A stretch of DNA of 64,000 bases from an uncultured delta proteobacterium (GTDB lineage: Bacteria; Myxococcota_A; Polyangia; Polyangiales; Polyangiaceae). This document shows, piece by piece, positions 7,780 to 17,731 of the stretch. Within the stretch, counting starts at the first letter, position 1. Each line of letters opens with the position of its first letter. The notes under the pieces were generated by a model. It was not told the origin of the DNA, did not search any database, and saw only the letters and a list, made by a program, of their open reading frames with translations. The position numbers and the translations under genes were made by a program. The stretch covers positions 1,760,001-1,824,000 of the forward strand of contig CAWJCS010000005.1 in NCBI GenBank assembly GCA_963841435.1, given 5' to 3'.

Positions 7780-10128
7780 TCAGGGGCGCGTGCCGCGGGT
7801 CAGGAATTTGGGGCGGACGCGCAGGACGACGGCGGGGAGGAAGGCGACCGTGGCGGCGCTGCTCGTGACCATCGTGAGGGCGACGAGGACGCCGAGCAGG
7901 ACGTGCACTTTGAAGCCGGAAAGGGCAAGGCAGAGGTAGCCGCCGGCGACGGCGCTCGCGACGTAGGCAATCGCCTTTCCCGAGGTGGTGAGCGCCGTGG
8001 CGGTCGCTTCGCGTAGGTCTCCCTTGCGTTGGACCTCCTCGCGCACGCGAAACAAAAAGTAGACCGCGTAGTCGGCGCCGATGCCCACGGCCATGGCCGA
8101 GATGGCCGCCGTGCCCATCGAAAGCAAAATCCCGCTCCAGCCCATCAGACCAAGGTTCACGAGCGCCGCGGTGGCAAGCGGCAGGAGCACGAGGAAGCCG
8201 CCCGTGATCGAGCGCAGGAGCACCGACGTGATCACGACGACGAGCAACGCGATCTGGATGAGGTTGATGGTCTTGCCGCGTACCATCGTCTCGTTGAGCG
8301 CGATGGCGTTCGTGACGCCGCCGCCGACGGTGGCCTTCGCGGGCAGGCCCTTGAAAAGCTCGTCGGCTTTGGCCTGTGTCGCCACCGTCATCGCCTTCAT
8401 CTTCGTGTAGTCGTCGGTCTTAACGTACGCCGTGAGCACCGCGCGCTGAAAGTCGTGGTCGACGAGGCGGCTGAGGTCGTTTTCGTCGCCGGACATGCCG
8501 TAGAGCAGGAGGAACTGGGCCACGGCTTCGGGGCTGTCGGGCAGCGTCGCGGCGTTCGTGTCGTTGTTGATGACGCGGCTCATCTGCTTGAGCACGTCGA
8601 CGATCGACATCACCTTCCCGATCGGCAGCGGTTGATGCTGGATGAAGCTCGAAAGCTCGTCCATCTTGCGCAGGACCACGGGGTCCTTGATCGTGTCGGG
8701 GGCGTTGCCCTCGACGAGCACCTGAATCACGCGCGTGCCCGCCAAGCGCGAGTCGGCGAGTCTAAAGCCGCGCACGGGTGCGTTCGACTCGAAGAACTGC
8801 GCGCCCAGGCTGTTGCCCGCCTGCAGCCGGAAGGCCCCGACGGCCGCGACGGCGATGAGCACGCCGAACACCCAGAGAATCGGCCGCTCCTTGCCCGCCC
8901 GCACCGTCGCCGCGAGCTTTTCGAGGATGGGGTCGAAGTACTCCTCGCGCTTCTCGCGCTCGGTCTGACGCGCCGACGGAGGCGACATCAACATGCGCAC
9001 GGCGGGGATGAAGGTCATCTCCACGACGAGCGCCGCGACGATCCCGAAAGCGGTGCAGAGGCCGAAGTTCTTGATCGACGGCAGCCCGAACGCGGCGAGC
9101 GAGCCGAAGCTGAGCGACGCGATCGTCCCGGCGGCGAGCATCACGGCGCCGACCTTGGTCGTGGCCTCGATCACGGCGAGCCGGTTGTGCTCGACCGGGC
9201 TGAGCCCGGGCTCTGCTTCGCGCACGCGCGCGTATTCCTCGTAGTAGCGTTTGAGGATCTGCACGGAGTGCCCGGCGCCGATCGCGAGCAGGAGGATCGG
9301 CGTCATGATGTTCCACGGATCCATCGGGGCCTGGATGAGCCCCATCAGGCCGAGCGCCCAGACCACGCCCATGAGCGCCGTGACGAGCGGCACGATCATG
9401 CCCTGTAGCGTGCGGAAAGCCCGGTAGTGGAGATACCCGATCATGGCGAGCGCGAGCACGAACAGAAAGGCCACGCGCCGCGTGTAAATCAGCAGCCAAT
9501 AGAGGATGGTCGGCGCTCCTGCGGCCTTGATCTCGAGGCCCGGCTCGCGCTCGGCATTCAGGATCTTCTCGAGCTTGAGATAGAGGCCTTTGGCCCCTCC
9601 CGCCTTCTCGAAGTCGTCGAAGTCGACGAGCACGGCGGTCGCCCTCCCGTCGTCGCTCACGAGCAAGCTCGTGACGACGTTGTTGCGTTTCACCCGCGCA
9701 CGGAACGCGTCCACCTCTTCGGGCGTCTTCGGCACCGCGCTCGCGAGCGGCGTCACGTCGAGCGCGTCCTCGGTGCTGTTCACGTCCTTCACGCGGCTCG
9801 ACATGAGCGAGAGCACGCTGCCGCTCTTGGCGCCCGGAAGCTTCTCGAGCTCGTCGTTGATGCGCTTGACCTTGCCGAGGATCTTCGGCGTGTAGACGGT
9901 GCCGCTCTCGGGGTACACGCCGATGACGGTCATGTACTTTCCGCCGAAGAGCTTCTCGATGCGCTTGCCGACGATCACGAGCGGGTGCCCGGGCGGGATC
10001 TGCGCGTCGATGTCGAGCAGGACCTTGAGGTGCCCGATGAAGAAGCCGAGCACTAGAGTGATGGCGACGACCGCGGCCACGACAGCCTTGGGCGAGCCGA
10101 CGACGAACGTGACGTAGCGGCGCAGCAT
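7780..10128 (-). CDS. MMPL/RND-superfamily lipid exporter
   Basis: 782 aa with two repeats of TM + periplasmic loop + TM bundle; PILLLAIG and AVGIGADYAVYFLFRVREE motifs. Confidence 0.9.
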   Translation of the reverse strand: MLRRYVTFVVGSPKAVVAAVVAITLVLGFFIGHLKVLLDIDAQIPPGHPLVIVGKRIEKLFGGKYMTVIGVYPESGTVYTPKILGKVKRINDELEKLPGAKSGSVLSLMSSRVKDVNSTEDALDVTPLASAVPKTPEEVDAFRARVKRNNVVTSLLVSDDGRATAVLVDFDDFEKAGGAKGLYLKLEKILNAEREPGLEIKAAGAPTILYWLLIYTRRVAFLFVLALAMIGYLHYRAFRTLQGMIVPLVTALMGVVWALGLMGLIQAPMDPWNIMTPILLLAIGAGHSVQILKRYYEEYARVREAEPGLSPVEHNRLAVIEATTKVGAVMLAAGTIASLSFGSLAAFGLPSIKNFGLCTAFGIVAALVVEMTFIPAVRMLMSPPSARQTEREKREEYFDPILEKLAATVRAGKERPILWVFGVLIAVAAVGAFRLQAGNSLGAQFFESNAPVRGFRLADSRLAGTRVIQVLVEGNAPDTIKDPVVLRKMDELSSFIQHQPLPIGKVMSIVDVLKQMSRVINNDTNAATLPDSPEAVAQFLLLYGMSGDENDLSRLVDHDFQRAVLTAYVKTDDYTKMKAMTVATQAKADELFKGLPAKATVGGGVTNAIALNETMVRGKTINLIQIALLVVVITSVLLRSITGGFLVLLPLATAALVNLGLMGWSGILLSMGTAAISAMAVGIGADYAVYFLFRVREEVQRKGDLREATATALTTSGKAIAYVASAVAGGYLCLALSGFKVHVLLGVLVALTMVTSSAATVAFLPAVVLRVRPKFLTRGTRP

Positions 10129-10304
10129 GGTGATCCGGGCTCAGGGTCGGGTCGCGGGCGAGCTCGTGCTGCCGAGCGTCCGAGCGAGCAGGGCGCGCAC
10201 CTTTCGCACGTCGAGGCAAGGGCGGCAAGCCATTGGGCCGGCCGACCTTCGGCAAGACTCGCCGCGCTCACGCGGAACGGTGCGCGTTGCCAATGCCCGG
10301 TTGC

Positions 10305-10320
10305 TGGCTCTCGTATTGCG
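10305..10320 (+). promoter_or_regulatory. Candidate sigma54 -24/-12 promoter for the lipoprotein operon
   Basis: TGGCTCTCGTATTGCG gives GG-N10-GC with TGGC and TTGC. Confidence 0.35.
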
Positions 10321-10718
10321 TCGCGGCAGTTTGGTGCCCGGCGTCATTGGCGTCGCAAATTGCTCCTTGGACGCAAGAGGTTGGACGCACGGGGCGCAAG
10401 TTCCCGCTCTCGCTTCTCGCATCAGCATCCACCTCTTCTTCGCAGGACAGGCGTCCATCGATCGAGGCGATCGCGTCGATGAATCCCGGGCATGAAGTAA
10501 TCCCGGGCAATGACGAACATGGTCGTCGCAAAACCACGAGCTTTTGCAGGAAGCGGTTTGCGCTCCCACCGATTGAGAAGTAAAACGCCTGAACGCTGTC
10601 AGGTGTTGGGAACGACGCTCGCTACGTCCAACGGGTGCGCCTGGAAGCGTCCCGGCTCGGTTACTCCAAAGTGCGGGCTTGCGCGTCGTTCCCCCTCACG
10701 CTTTCACTGGATCTTTAC

Positions 10719-11432
10719 ATGAAGCAAAATCTCCGCCCCTCAAGAATCGCGCTCGCCCTCGTCGCCTCGACCAGCCTGTTTGCCGCCGCATGCAGCGGTG
10801 GTGACGACGACGCTGCCTCCACCCCCAACGCGTGGCAGGGCCACACGTACCTGCTCTCGATTCCCGAAACGTCGTGGATTGAGCCCGATCCGCGGATCGG
10901 CGGCGAAATTGCTCCGTTCGTCCCCGACTTCGTGCTGCGCGTTGACGCCGCGGCTGATCCCACCATGTCCGCCGCGGTCGGCACCTCCAAGGCCGGCGCG
11001 CAGGACACGTGCAACCTCACGTTGACGGTTTCGGGGAGCAGCGCTTACCCGAACGGGACCCTGAGCGCGCAGACGTACCCGATGCACATTCACGACGCCG
11101 ATCACGACGTCACCGTCAACACCACCGTTTACAACCTCCAGTTCAAGAACGTGTTGCCGAACGGGTTGACGACGAGCACCACGGGCGAGTTCTCCGCCAC
11201 GCTCGACGCTCGCGAGATCTACCCGCTCTTCTACAAGCTCATCGGCGCAACGCCGGATGCGGTCTGCACGGCGCTCGGGCAGTACGATGCGAACTGCCAG
11301 GCATGCCCGAACGATGGCGGCGTCTACTGTTTGCCCCTCAAGGCGATCGGCGTCGGTGCGGTCGAATCGAGCGCTGCGTTCACGGACGTTGCAGAAGCCG
11401 ACCTCGACGCGTCTTGCGCCGACACGCAATAG
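10719..11432 (+). CDS. Hypothetical Cys-containing lipoprotein (paralog A)
   Basis: Lipobox FAAAC; aligns without gaps to the next gene over most of its length. Confidence 0.85.
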   Translation: MKQNLRPSRIALALVASTSLFAAACSGGDDDAASTPNAWQGHTYLLSIPETSWIEPDPRIGGEIAPFVPDFVLRVDAAADPTMSAAVGTSKAGAQDTCNLTLTVSGSSAYPNGTLSAQTYPMHIHDADHDVTVNTTVYNLQFKNVLPNGLTTSTTGEFSATLDAREIYPLFYKLIGATPDAVCTALGQYDANCQACPNDGGVYCLPLKAIGVGAVESSAAFTDVAEADLDASCADTQ

Positions 11433-12200
11433 GCCATCCGCACCGATGGAGACTCCATGAATCGCTACCTTCCGCTCGCTCTCCTGGCATCGACCAGCCA
11501 GTTCGCGGCCGGGTGCAGCAGCGCTGACGACGACGCAACCCCCAACGCGTGGCAGGGCCACACGTACCTGCTCTCGATTCCCGAAACGTCGTGGATTGAG
11601 CCCGATCCGCGGATCGGCGGCGAAATTGGGCTGTACGTGCCGGAGTTCCTCATCAGGGTGGATGCTTCGAGCGATCCAAGCATTTCTGCCACGGTAGGGA
11701 CGTCGTGGGGCGGCGTCCAAGACATGTGCGGTGTCACCCAGAAGGTTTTGGGTAGCAGCGCCTACCCGATGGGCACCTTGAGCGCGCACACCTACCGTGT
11801 GCACATCCGTCAGGAAGACCGGCAAGTGACGGTCAACACCGACGTGTGGAACCTGGAAATGAAGGACGTGTTGCCCAACGAATCGACGCCGAACGCCACG
11901 GGAACGTTTTCCGCGACGCTCGACGCTCGTGAGATCTATCCGCTCTTCTATCAGATCCCGGGTCGGACGCCCGAAACGGTCTGCGCCGCGCTTGGACAAT
12001 GGGGCGTTGCATGTGAGCCGTGCCCGAAGGACAACGAGGTCTTCTGCCTAACGATCGAGGCGGTCGACCTCGGTGCGGTTGAGTCGACAGCATCTCTCTC
12101 AACGGTCGCGCAGGGCGACCTCGACGCGTCTTGCGCCGACACGCAATAGGCCATCCGGACCGATGGAGACTCCATGAATCGCTACCTTCCGCTCGCTCTC
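10821..12200. repeat. 717-bp-offset tandem duplication with two near-identical blocks
   Basis: 10821-10911 equals 11538-11628 (91 bp identical). 11399-11483 versus 12116-12200 (85 bp, 1 mismatch). Confidence 0.92.
11457..12149 (+). CDS. Hypothetical Cys-containing lipoprotein (paralog B)
   Basis: Lipobox FAAGC, GGAG RBS, homologous to 10719-11432. Confidence 0.85.
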   Translation: MNRYLPLALLASTSQFAAGCSSADDDATPNAWQGHTYLLSIPETSWIEPDPRIGGEIGLYVPEFLIRVDASSDPSISATVGTSWGGVQDMCGVTQKVLGSSAYPMGTLSAHTYRVHIRQEDRQVTVNTDVWNLEMKDVLPNESTPNATGTFSATLDAREIYPLFYQIPGRTPETVCAALGQWGVACEPCPKDNEVFCLTIEAVDLGAVESTASLSTVAQGDLDASCADTQ

Positions 12201-13848
12201 GTCGTCCCGTCCTGTTTCTTGCTCAGCGCTGCCGGTTGCAGCGACGGGGGCACCTCCGATCAAACGGGTGGGACGGGCGCCGGAGCGGTCGGCGGTAGCG
12301 GCGCAGGGATCGGCGGTAGCGCCGGGACGGTCGCCGGGACGGCGGGCACCCCGACGGGCGGCACGGCGGGCGTGGGTGGCGTCGCCGGCTCGCTCGGCGC
12401 GGGCACGGGCGGCACGCTCGCAGGCTCCGCGGGCCTCGCGGGGACGAGCGGCGCAGGCGGGCTCGGCGCTGCGGGTAGCGGCGCCGGCACGGCTGGTGAC
12501 GCCGGCGCGAGCGGGCTCGGTGGTGGGAGCGGTGCGAGCGGCGCCGCCGGCATGGCGGGCGCAGGCGGCACGGGCACTCCCGTGACGTGCACCATCACAC
12601 AGAGCTCCGAGATCAGCACCAAGATCGCGACCGTCGGTATCGTGACCTGGACTTCGGATCTCGCGGGGATGGACAGCGCCGAGATCGAGTTCGGCCTCGA
12701 CACGACCTACGGGATGACCGCCCCGATCCCCCAGGCCGATCTGATGGCGTCGAACCGCACGCTCTTGCTCGGCATGAAGCCGTCGAAGATGTACCACTAT
12801 CGCGTCGTGGCTCACGCTGGCGCAAGCGTGTGCGCGGGCGACGACCAGACCGTCATGACCGGCGCGAAGGCGTCGAACCTGCCGAACATCTCGCTGACTA
12901 CGACGCCCGGTGCTCAGCTCTCGGGCGGCTTTTTGATCACGGGCCAGTACGCGACCTCGGGCGGGTCGAGCCCCGCGTACATCATCGACGCCGATGGCGA
13001 TTTCGTCTGGTGGTACAGCATCAACAGCGACGTGACCGGCGCTCGCATGAGCTACGACGGCAAGTACATGTGGATCAATCGCGGCAACGTCCCCGAAAGC
13101 CAGGGCGCGAGCGTTCACCGCGTCAGCATGGACGGGCTGACGGACGAGAATTTGAGCAGCCAATTCACGGGGCAAAATCACCAGCTCACGGTGCTCCCCG
13201 ACGAGACGATCGCCTTCTACGCGTACAACAGCAACGGTTGCGACGACATCAAGGAGCGCTCGCCCGCAGGGATGGTAAAGACCATCATCAACGCGGGAAC
13301 GGCGCACGGTGCCGGCGGCCCCTGCCACGTGAACACCATTCAGTACTCGGCCGAAGACGATTCCTACGTCTTTTCCGACCTCGACAACGACAACTACACG
13401 AAGGTCACGCGTAGCGGCACCGTGAAGTGGGTGCTCGGCGGCTCGACCAGCACGTTCACGGGCATGGGGGCTTCGTGGAGCCGGCAGCACGGGTGCGACA
13501 TCCTCGGCCTCGATCGCTTGTTGTTTTTCAACAACGGCTCGATGGGCGGCGGTGGCGGGTCGCTCGCCATCGAGGTTCTGCTCGCGGGAGCCGCGGTCGG
13601 CGGCCAGGGCGCCGACACCGCGACGCGCGCTTGGACCTACACCGCCATGCCCTCCATCAACAACGCCATCATGGGCGACGTTCGAGCGTATGCCGAACGG
13701 CAACACCATCGTCGCGTACTCCACGCAGGGCGTCCTGCACGAGGTCGACAAGGACGGCAATCTCCTGCAGGAGATCAGCTGGCCCATCGGCGGCGCTTTC
13801 GGCTACATCGAGAAGCGCGCGAGCCTGTACGGGCCGCCCCCCAAGTAA
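12174..13848 (+). CDS. Arylsulfotransferase (ASST)-like lipoprotein with FN3-like domain; +1 frameshift at ~13681
   Basis: Lipobox AAGC, Gly linker, LLGMKPSKMYHYRV, IIDADGDFVWW, CHVNTIQY, SRQH. Removing one T restores GDVERMPNGNTIVAYS..G.LHEVD..G. Confidence 0.75.
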
Positions 13849-13903
13849 CCCCGTCCTCGTGCCGGCGCGCAGCCGGCACACGCGAATCGGTGTGAGGTAA
13901 GTC

Positions 13904-15088
13904 ATGAAGTCACTCATCGTCCCGGCCGTGCTCATTCTCGCTTCCACCGTGGGGTGCAGCGGCACCAGCGACGACGACGCCGCGAGCGGCGGCACCGCGG
14001 GTACCGGGGCGAGCGGCGGCACCGCGGGCACCGGGGCGAGCGGCGGCACGGGCGGTGCGGGTGCCACGGGTGGCGCGGCCGGCACGGGCGCGGGGACGGG
14101 TGGCAGCGGAGCGGGTAGCGGCGGCGCGACGTGCGGCGGCAGCATCGTGGCAAGCCCCGAAAATGACTACGCTTTCACGAGCACGCTCAGTTTTCCGCCC
14201 ATCGCGGTCAAGCCCGACTCGAACCTGACCTTCGAGTGGGGCGGGACCACGAAAGACTTCTTGAAGCACTCGCTCGACCCGATGAACAACGTCGATAGCG
14301 TCAACCTGATGCTGTGGAAGCTCACCCAGAGCGAGCTCGAGACGAAGCTGAACGACGACGCGCTCGCCCAGCGCGATCTGGCCATCATCGCGACGGTTTA
14401 CACGCAGAAGATGCTCACGTCGTCCGAGCTCTTCGATTTTACGTCGGTCGGGACGCCGCTCACGCCCTGTCAGATCTTGCCGTTCGTGCAGGCTTTGAAT
14501 CCGGACCCGAACGGGCACCCGGAGTGTGCGGACTGGGCGATGAACGTGGGCGACGGCTACGATCCCGCGGCACACATCTACACGGTGATGCTGGCGACGG
14601 GAGAAGAGCTCGGCCAGGGGACGCGCATGATCCAGTCCTTCAAGCTCGATCCTGCCTCCACCAACACCACGGTCACCATCGACTCGACCTCTACGGTGCT
14701 CGACTACAGCGTCGATCTGCACTCCCTGACGCCGACGATGGTGCCCGCCGGCACGCCCGCGCTCAGCATCGATTGGACCGGGCTGACGACGAACGGGCTC
14801 GGCAAGCCGTTCAACAAGCCCATCACGCGTGCTCGCATCGGCCGCTACACGCAGACGCCCGCCGAGATGGAGGCCCAGTTCTTGGACCTCGACATGATCG
14901 CCGATAAGATGTGGTCCGCCGACGTTCCCGGCGGGATGACCATGGATCTGTCCCAGCTCACCGACGACATGGGGCAGCCCTTCCCGGGCATCGACGCTTC
15001 CTACACGTGGATCGTGGCCCTCGACTGCGGCAGCTGCGCAAACCCCGCGCCCTGGTATCTTTCGCTCCTCGAACCGTGCACCCCTTAG
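13904..15088 (+). CDS. Hypothetical lipoprotein with C-terminal CxxCxNPxP motif
   Basis: Lipobox TVGC, 30-bp Gly repeats, ALDCGSCANPAP; paralog of 25346-26386. Confidence 0.85.
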   Translation: MKSLIVPAVLILASTVGCSGTSDDDAASGGTAGTGASGGTAGTGASGGTGGAGATGGAAGTGAGTGGSGAGSGGATCGGSIVASPENDYAFTSTLSFPPIAVKPDSNLTFEWGGTTKDFLKHSLDPMNNVDSVNLMLWKLTQSELETKLNDDALAQRDLAIIATVYTQKMLTSSELFDFTSVGTPLTPCQILPFVQALNPDPNGHPECADWAMNVGDGYDPAAHIYTVMLATGEELGQGTRMIQSFKLDPASTNTTVTIDSTSTVLDYSVDLHSLTPTMVPAGTPALSIDWTGLTTNGLGKPFNKPITRARIGRYTQTPAEMEAQFLDLDMIADKMWSADVPGGMTMDLSQLTDDMGQPFPGIDASYTWIVALDCGSCANPAPWYLSLLEPCTP

Positions 15089-15137
15089 CGGCGCCCCCCG
15101 TCTCGAACGCCGTGCTTAGCACGGGCGGGGGCAGCGC

Positions 15138-16787
15138 ATGATCGGTCGCGGGGCGCGCCGCGTCGCGCTGTTCTCGTGTGCGCTGGGCCTCTGGGCGTGC
15201 GGGCGCAGCATGCCGGACCTCGTGCCGGCGTACGAGCTCGCCGGGGCGGGCGCGGGTGGAGCAGTCGGCGGTCATGGCGGTTCGTCGAGCGGTGGTGTCT
15301 CGGCAGGCGCGCCCCCGATGGCCGGAATCGGCGGCGTGGGCGGCGTGGTGGTGGGCGGGCAAGGCGGCTTCTTTCAAGGCGGCACGAGCTCGGGCTTCGC
15401 GGGGGCCGGTCAGAGTGGAGGCGGCTTCGCGGGCGCGCTCGTGGGCGGCGCGGGCGCGGGTGGGTTCGGCGGTGGCATCGGTGGCGTGTCGGGCGACAGC
15501 GGCATGAGCGGCGGCGGTGCGGGCGGCTCACCCGTGCTCGGGCTGCTCGGAACGCCCTACGTGCACAGCACGACGGCCGAAAGCTTCGTGCTCAACGCTG
15601 CGGTCTCGGGCGGAGCGCCGGGTGACCTCCGGGCTTACGTGCGGGAGCCGGGAGCGCCTGGCTGGACGCTCTTGCCCCCGCTCGCGCCTCCGACGACGGA
15701 CGTCATCGAGTGGTCGGCGACCGGTCTCACGGGTGGAACCCGCTACGACTACGACGTGACGGGCTTCTTCGACGGGCGCGAGGTCGACCTGTATTCAGGC
15801 CACATCGTCACCGAGCGCGCTCCAGGCTCGACGTTCGTCTTCTCGCTCATCACCGACACGCACATCGCCCCGCGCCTGGACGTGGCCACCGCCTCCGAGA
15901 CGGACACCTCGATGGAGAGCACGCTCGTCCAGGTGACGCCCGACGTGCTGGCCGACGCTCCCGACTTCGTGATCAACCTCGGTGACATCCTCGATTTTCA
16001 CATGTTCGGCTTCAACGAGCCGCCCCCGGACCCTTCGTGGACGCGCCTCGGTTACCTGAACTACCGGCGCCTACTCGGCGACACGCTCGGCAACGCCACG
16101 CACTTTCCGGTGATCGGCAACTGGGACGGCGAGAACGGCTGCAACACGCTCGAACAGATCGAGCGCTCGCGCAGCCAGCGGCTCATCTACCTGCCCGGGC
16201 CCAAGCCGGACACCTACCCCGAGGGCGGCAGTCCCTTCGAGGACTACTACGCGTTCACCTGGGGCGACGCGCTCTTCATCGTGCTCAACGTGATGACGTA
16301 CACGCCGTCGTGCCACCTGCTCGGAACCTACCCCGGCCTCCCCGACGACTGGACGCTCGGCGACGCCCAGCTCGCCTGGCTGCGCCAGACGCTCGAAAAC
16401 GCGACGTCGAAGTGGCGGTTCACGTTCATCCACCACACGGTCGGGGGCAACGGCGGCAACGACGTCGATTCGGCGTATGGCCGGGGCGGCGGTCGCGCAG
16501 CGTACGTGGGGGAGCAAGCCATCATTCAGGATCTGCTCACGACCTACGGCGTCCAGATCTTCTTCTACGCGCACGATCACGTCTTCACGGACATGGTCGT
16601 CAACGGCGTGCACTACACGTTGCCGGGGAGCGCGGGCGCGCCCTGGAAGTTTACGACCTACGAGACCGGCTACGAGGACTTCTGGTCGGACTCCGGCCAC
16701 GCTCGCGTCACCGTGAGCCCCGACGACGTGAACGTCGAGCTCGTCGCCCAGGGCGGCAGCGTGCTCTCGAGCTACACGCTGCCGTAG
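15138..16787 (+). CDS. Metallophosphoesterase lipoprotein (purple acid phosphatase-like, FN3 + calcineurin-like)
   Basis: Lipobox LWAC; DTH, NLGD, GNWD, HH and AHDH motifs. Confidence 0.85.
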   Translation: MIGRGARRVALFSCALGLWACGRSMPDLVPAYELAGAGAGGAVGGHGGSSSGGVSAGAPPMAGIGGVGGVVVGGQGGFFQGGTSSGFAGAGQSGGGFAGALVGGAGAGGFGGGIGGVSGDSGMSGGGAGGSPVLGLLGTPYVHSTTAESFVLNAAVSGGAPGDLRAYVREPGAPGWTLLPPLAPPTTDVIEWSATGLTGGTRYDYDVTGFFDGREVDLYSGHIVTERAPGSTFVFSLITDTHIAPRLDVATASETDTSMESTLVQVTPDVLADAPDFVINLGDILDFHMFGFNEPPPDPSWTRLGYLNYRRLLGDTLGNATHFPVIGNWDGENGCNTLEQIERSRSQRLIYLPGPKPDTYPEGGSPFEDYYAFTWGDALFIVLNVMTYTPSCHLLGTYPGLPDDWTLGDAQLAWLRQTLENATSKWRFTFIHHTVGGNGGNDVDSAYGRGGGRAAYVGEQAIIQDLLTTYGVQIFFYAHDHVFTDMVVNGVHYTLPGSAGAPWKFTTYETGYEDFWSDSGHARVTVSPDDVNVELVAQGGSVLSSYTLP

Positions 16788-16833
16788 ACCTCGGCGCTCG
16801 CGCGCTCCCTGCGCGGCGAGGCGCGTCGGAACC

Positions 16834-17514
16834 TCAGAACAAGCAATCGACCGGTTGCGGGTTTTCGTCCTCGACGTCGGCCGCGAACGAGCCGTCGATG
16901 TCGGGGGCCTCGGTGAAACCGTCGGCCGCGCTGCCGCGCATCGCCATGCCGCGATAGCCGCCGACGCTCATGTGCGCGCGCACGACGACGATCTCGTCGG
17001 CGGCCACCGGGACGGCGCCACCCGTGCGGGTGAAGGTGTTGCCGGGCGCGTCCGCGTCGGAGGTGCCGTTTTCGTCGGTGTGCGAGTGATCGAGCGTGCG
17101 CCGGTAGATGAGGGCGCCCGCTTCGCTCAGGACCTCCCACCAGTTGGCGTATTGACTGCAGTCGATGTCGGCGCTTTCGACGGTCACGGTAAAGACGTAG
17201 CTTTGCTCGGCGCCGCTCGCGGAGACCGCGACGACGTTGGCGTAGGGCGCATCGTCCGTCGCGCCGCCGGCCCCCGCCGCGTCGTCCGGTGCGCCACCCT
17301 CGCCGGCCTGGCCGCCCGACGCCGCCGAGGTGCCGCCGGTCCCTCCGCCCGAGGTCGCGCCTCCGCCCGGGGTCGCACCTCCGCCCGGGGTCGCGCTTCC
17401 GCCCGAGGTCGCGCCTCCGCCCGGGGTCGCACCGTTGCACGGGGTCCCGGAGGGCTCGCTCGTGCAGCCGAATGCGGCCGCGATGCCGAAAGCACAGACG
17501 GCGAAAAGCTTCAT
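16834..17514 (-). CDS. Hypothetical lipoprotein with GGATPG repeats
   Basis: Lipobox AFGC, 18-bp repeats, domain DIDCSQYANWWEV..R.L.HSH.DE..FTR. Confidence 0.78.
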   Translation of the reverse strand: MKLFAVCAFGIAAAFGCTSEPSGTPCNGATPGGGATSGGSATPGGGATPGGGATSGGGTGGTSAASGGQAGEGGAPDDAAGAGGATDDAPYANVVAVSASGAEQSYVFTVTVESADIDCSQYANWWEVLSEAGALIYRRTLDHSHTDENGTSDADAPGNTFTRTGGAVPVAADEIVVVRAHMSVGGYRGMAMRGSAADGFTEAPDIDGSFAADVEDENPQPVDCLF

Positions 17515-17731
17515 GGCTCACGCGGCGCCGGCGACTGGCCCGCGACGCTCAGTGTGGCGCGCCGCGCGGCGTCTGAAAAGGAGACTCTCGCTCTCGTGGC
17601 CGGCGCCGCACGATGACGCCGCGGTGTCGGACGGCCGCACGCGGCGACTAAGGGCGCCGCGGCCCCGCACGGCAAGACTCACGCGCGCTTGGAAACCCAA
17701 GCGGCGCCCGTCTGGTCACGCTACCGCGCGC

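Noticed and set aside
10821-12200. Diversity-generating retroelement TR/VR pair
   Set aside because: Differences are not adenine-specific, many are synonymous, and no reverse transcriptase is present.
12240-12580. PE-PGRS or collagen-like Gly-rich repeats (also ~1940-2080, 13980-14130, 15240-15530, 52460-52830)
   Set aside because: They are low-complexity linkers following lipoboxes, with no PE domain or sustained Gly-X-Y register.
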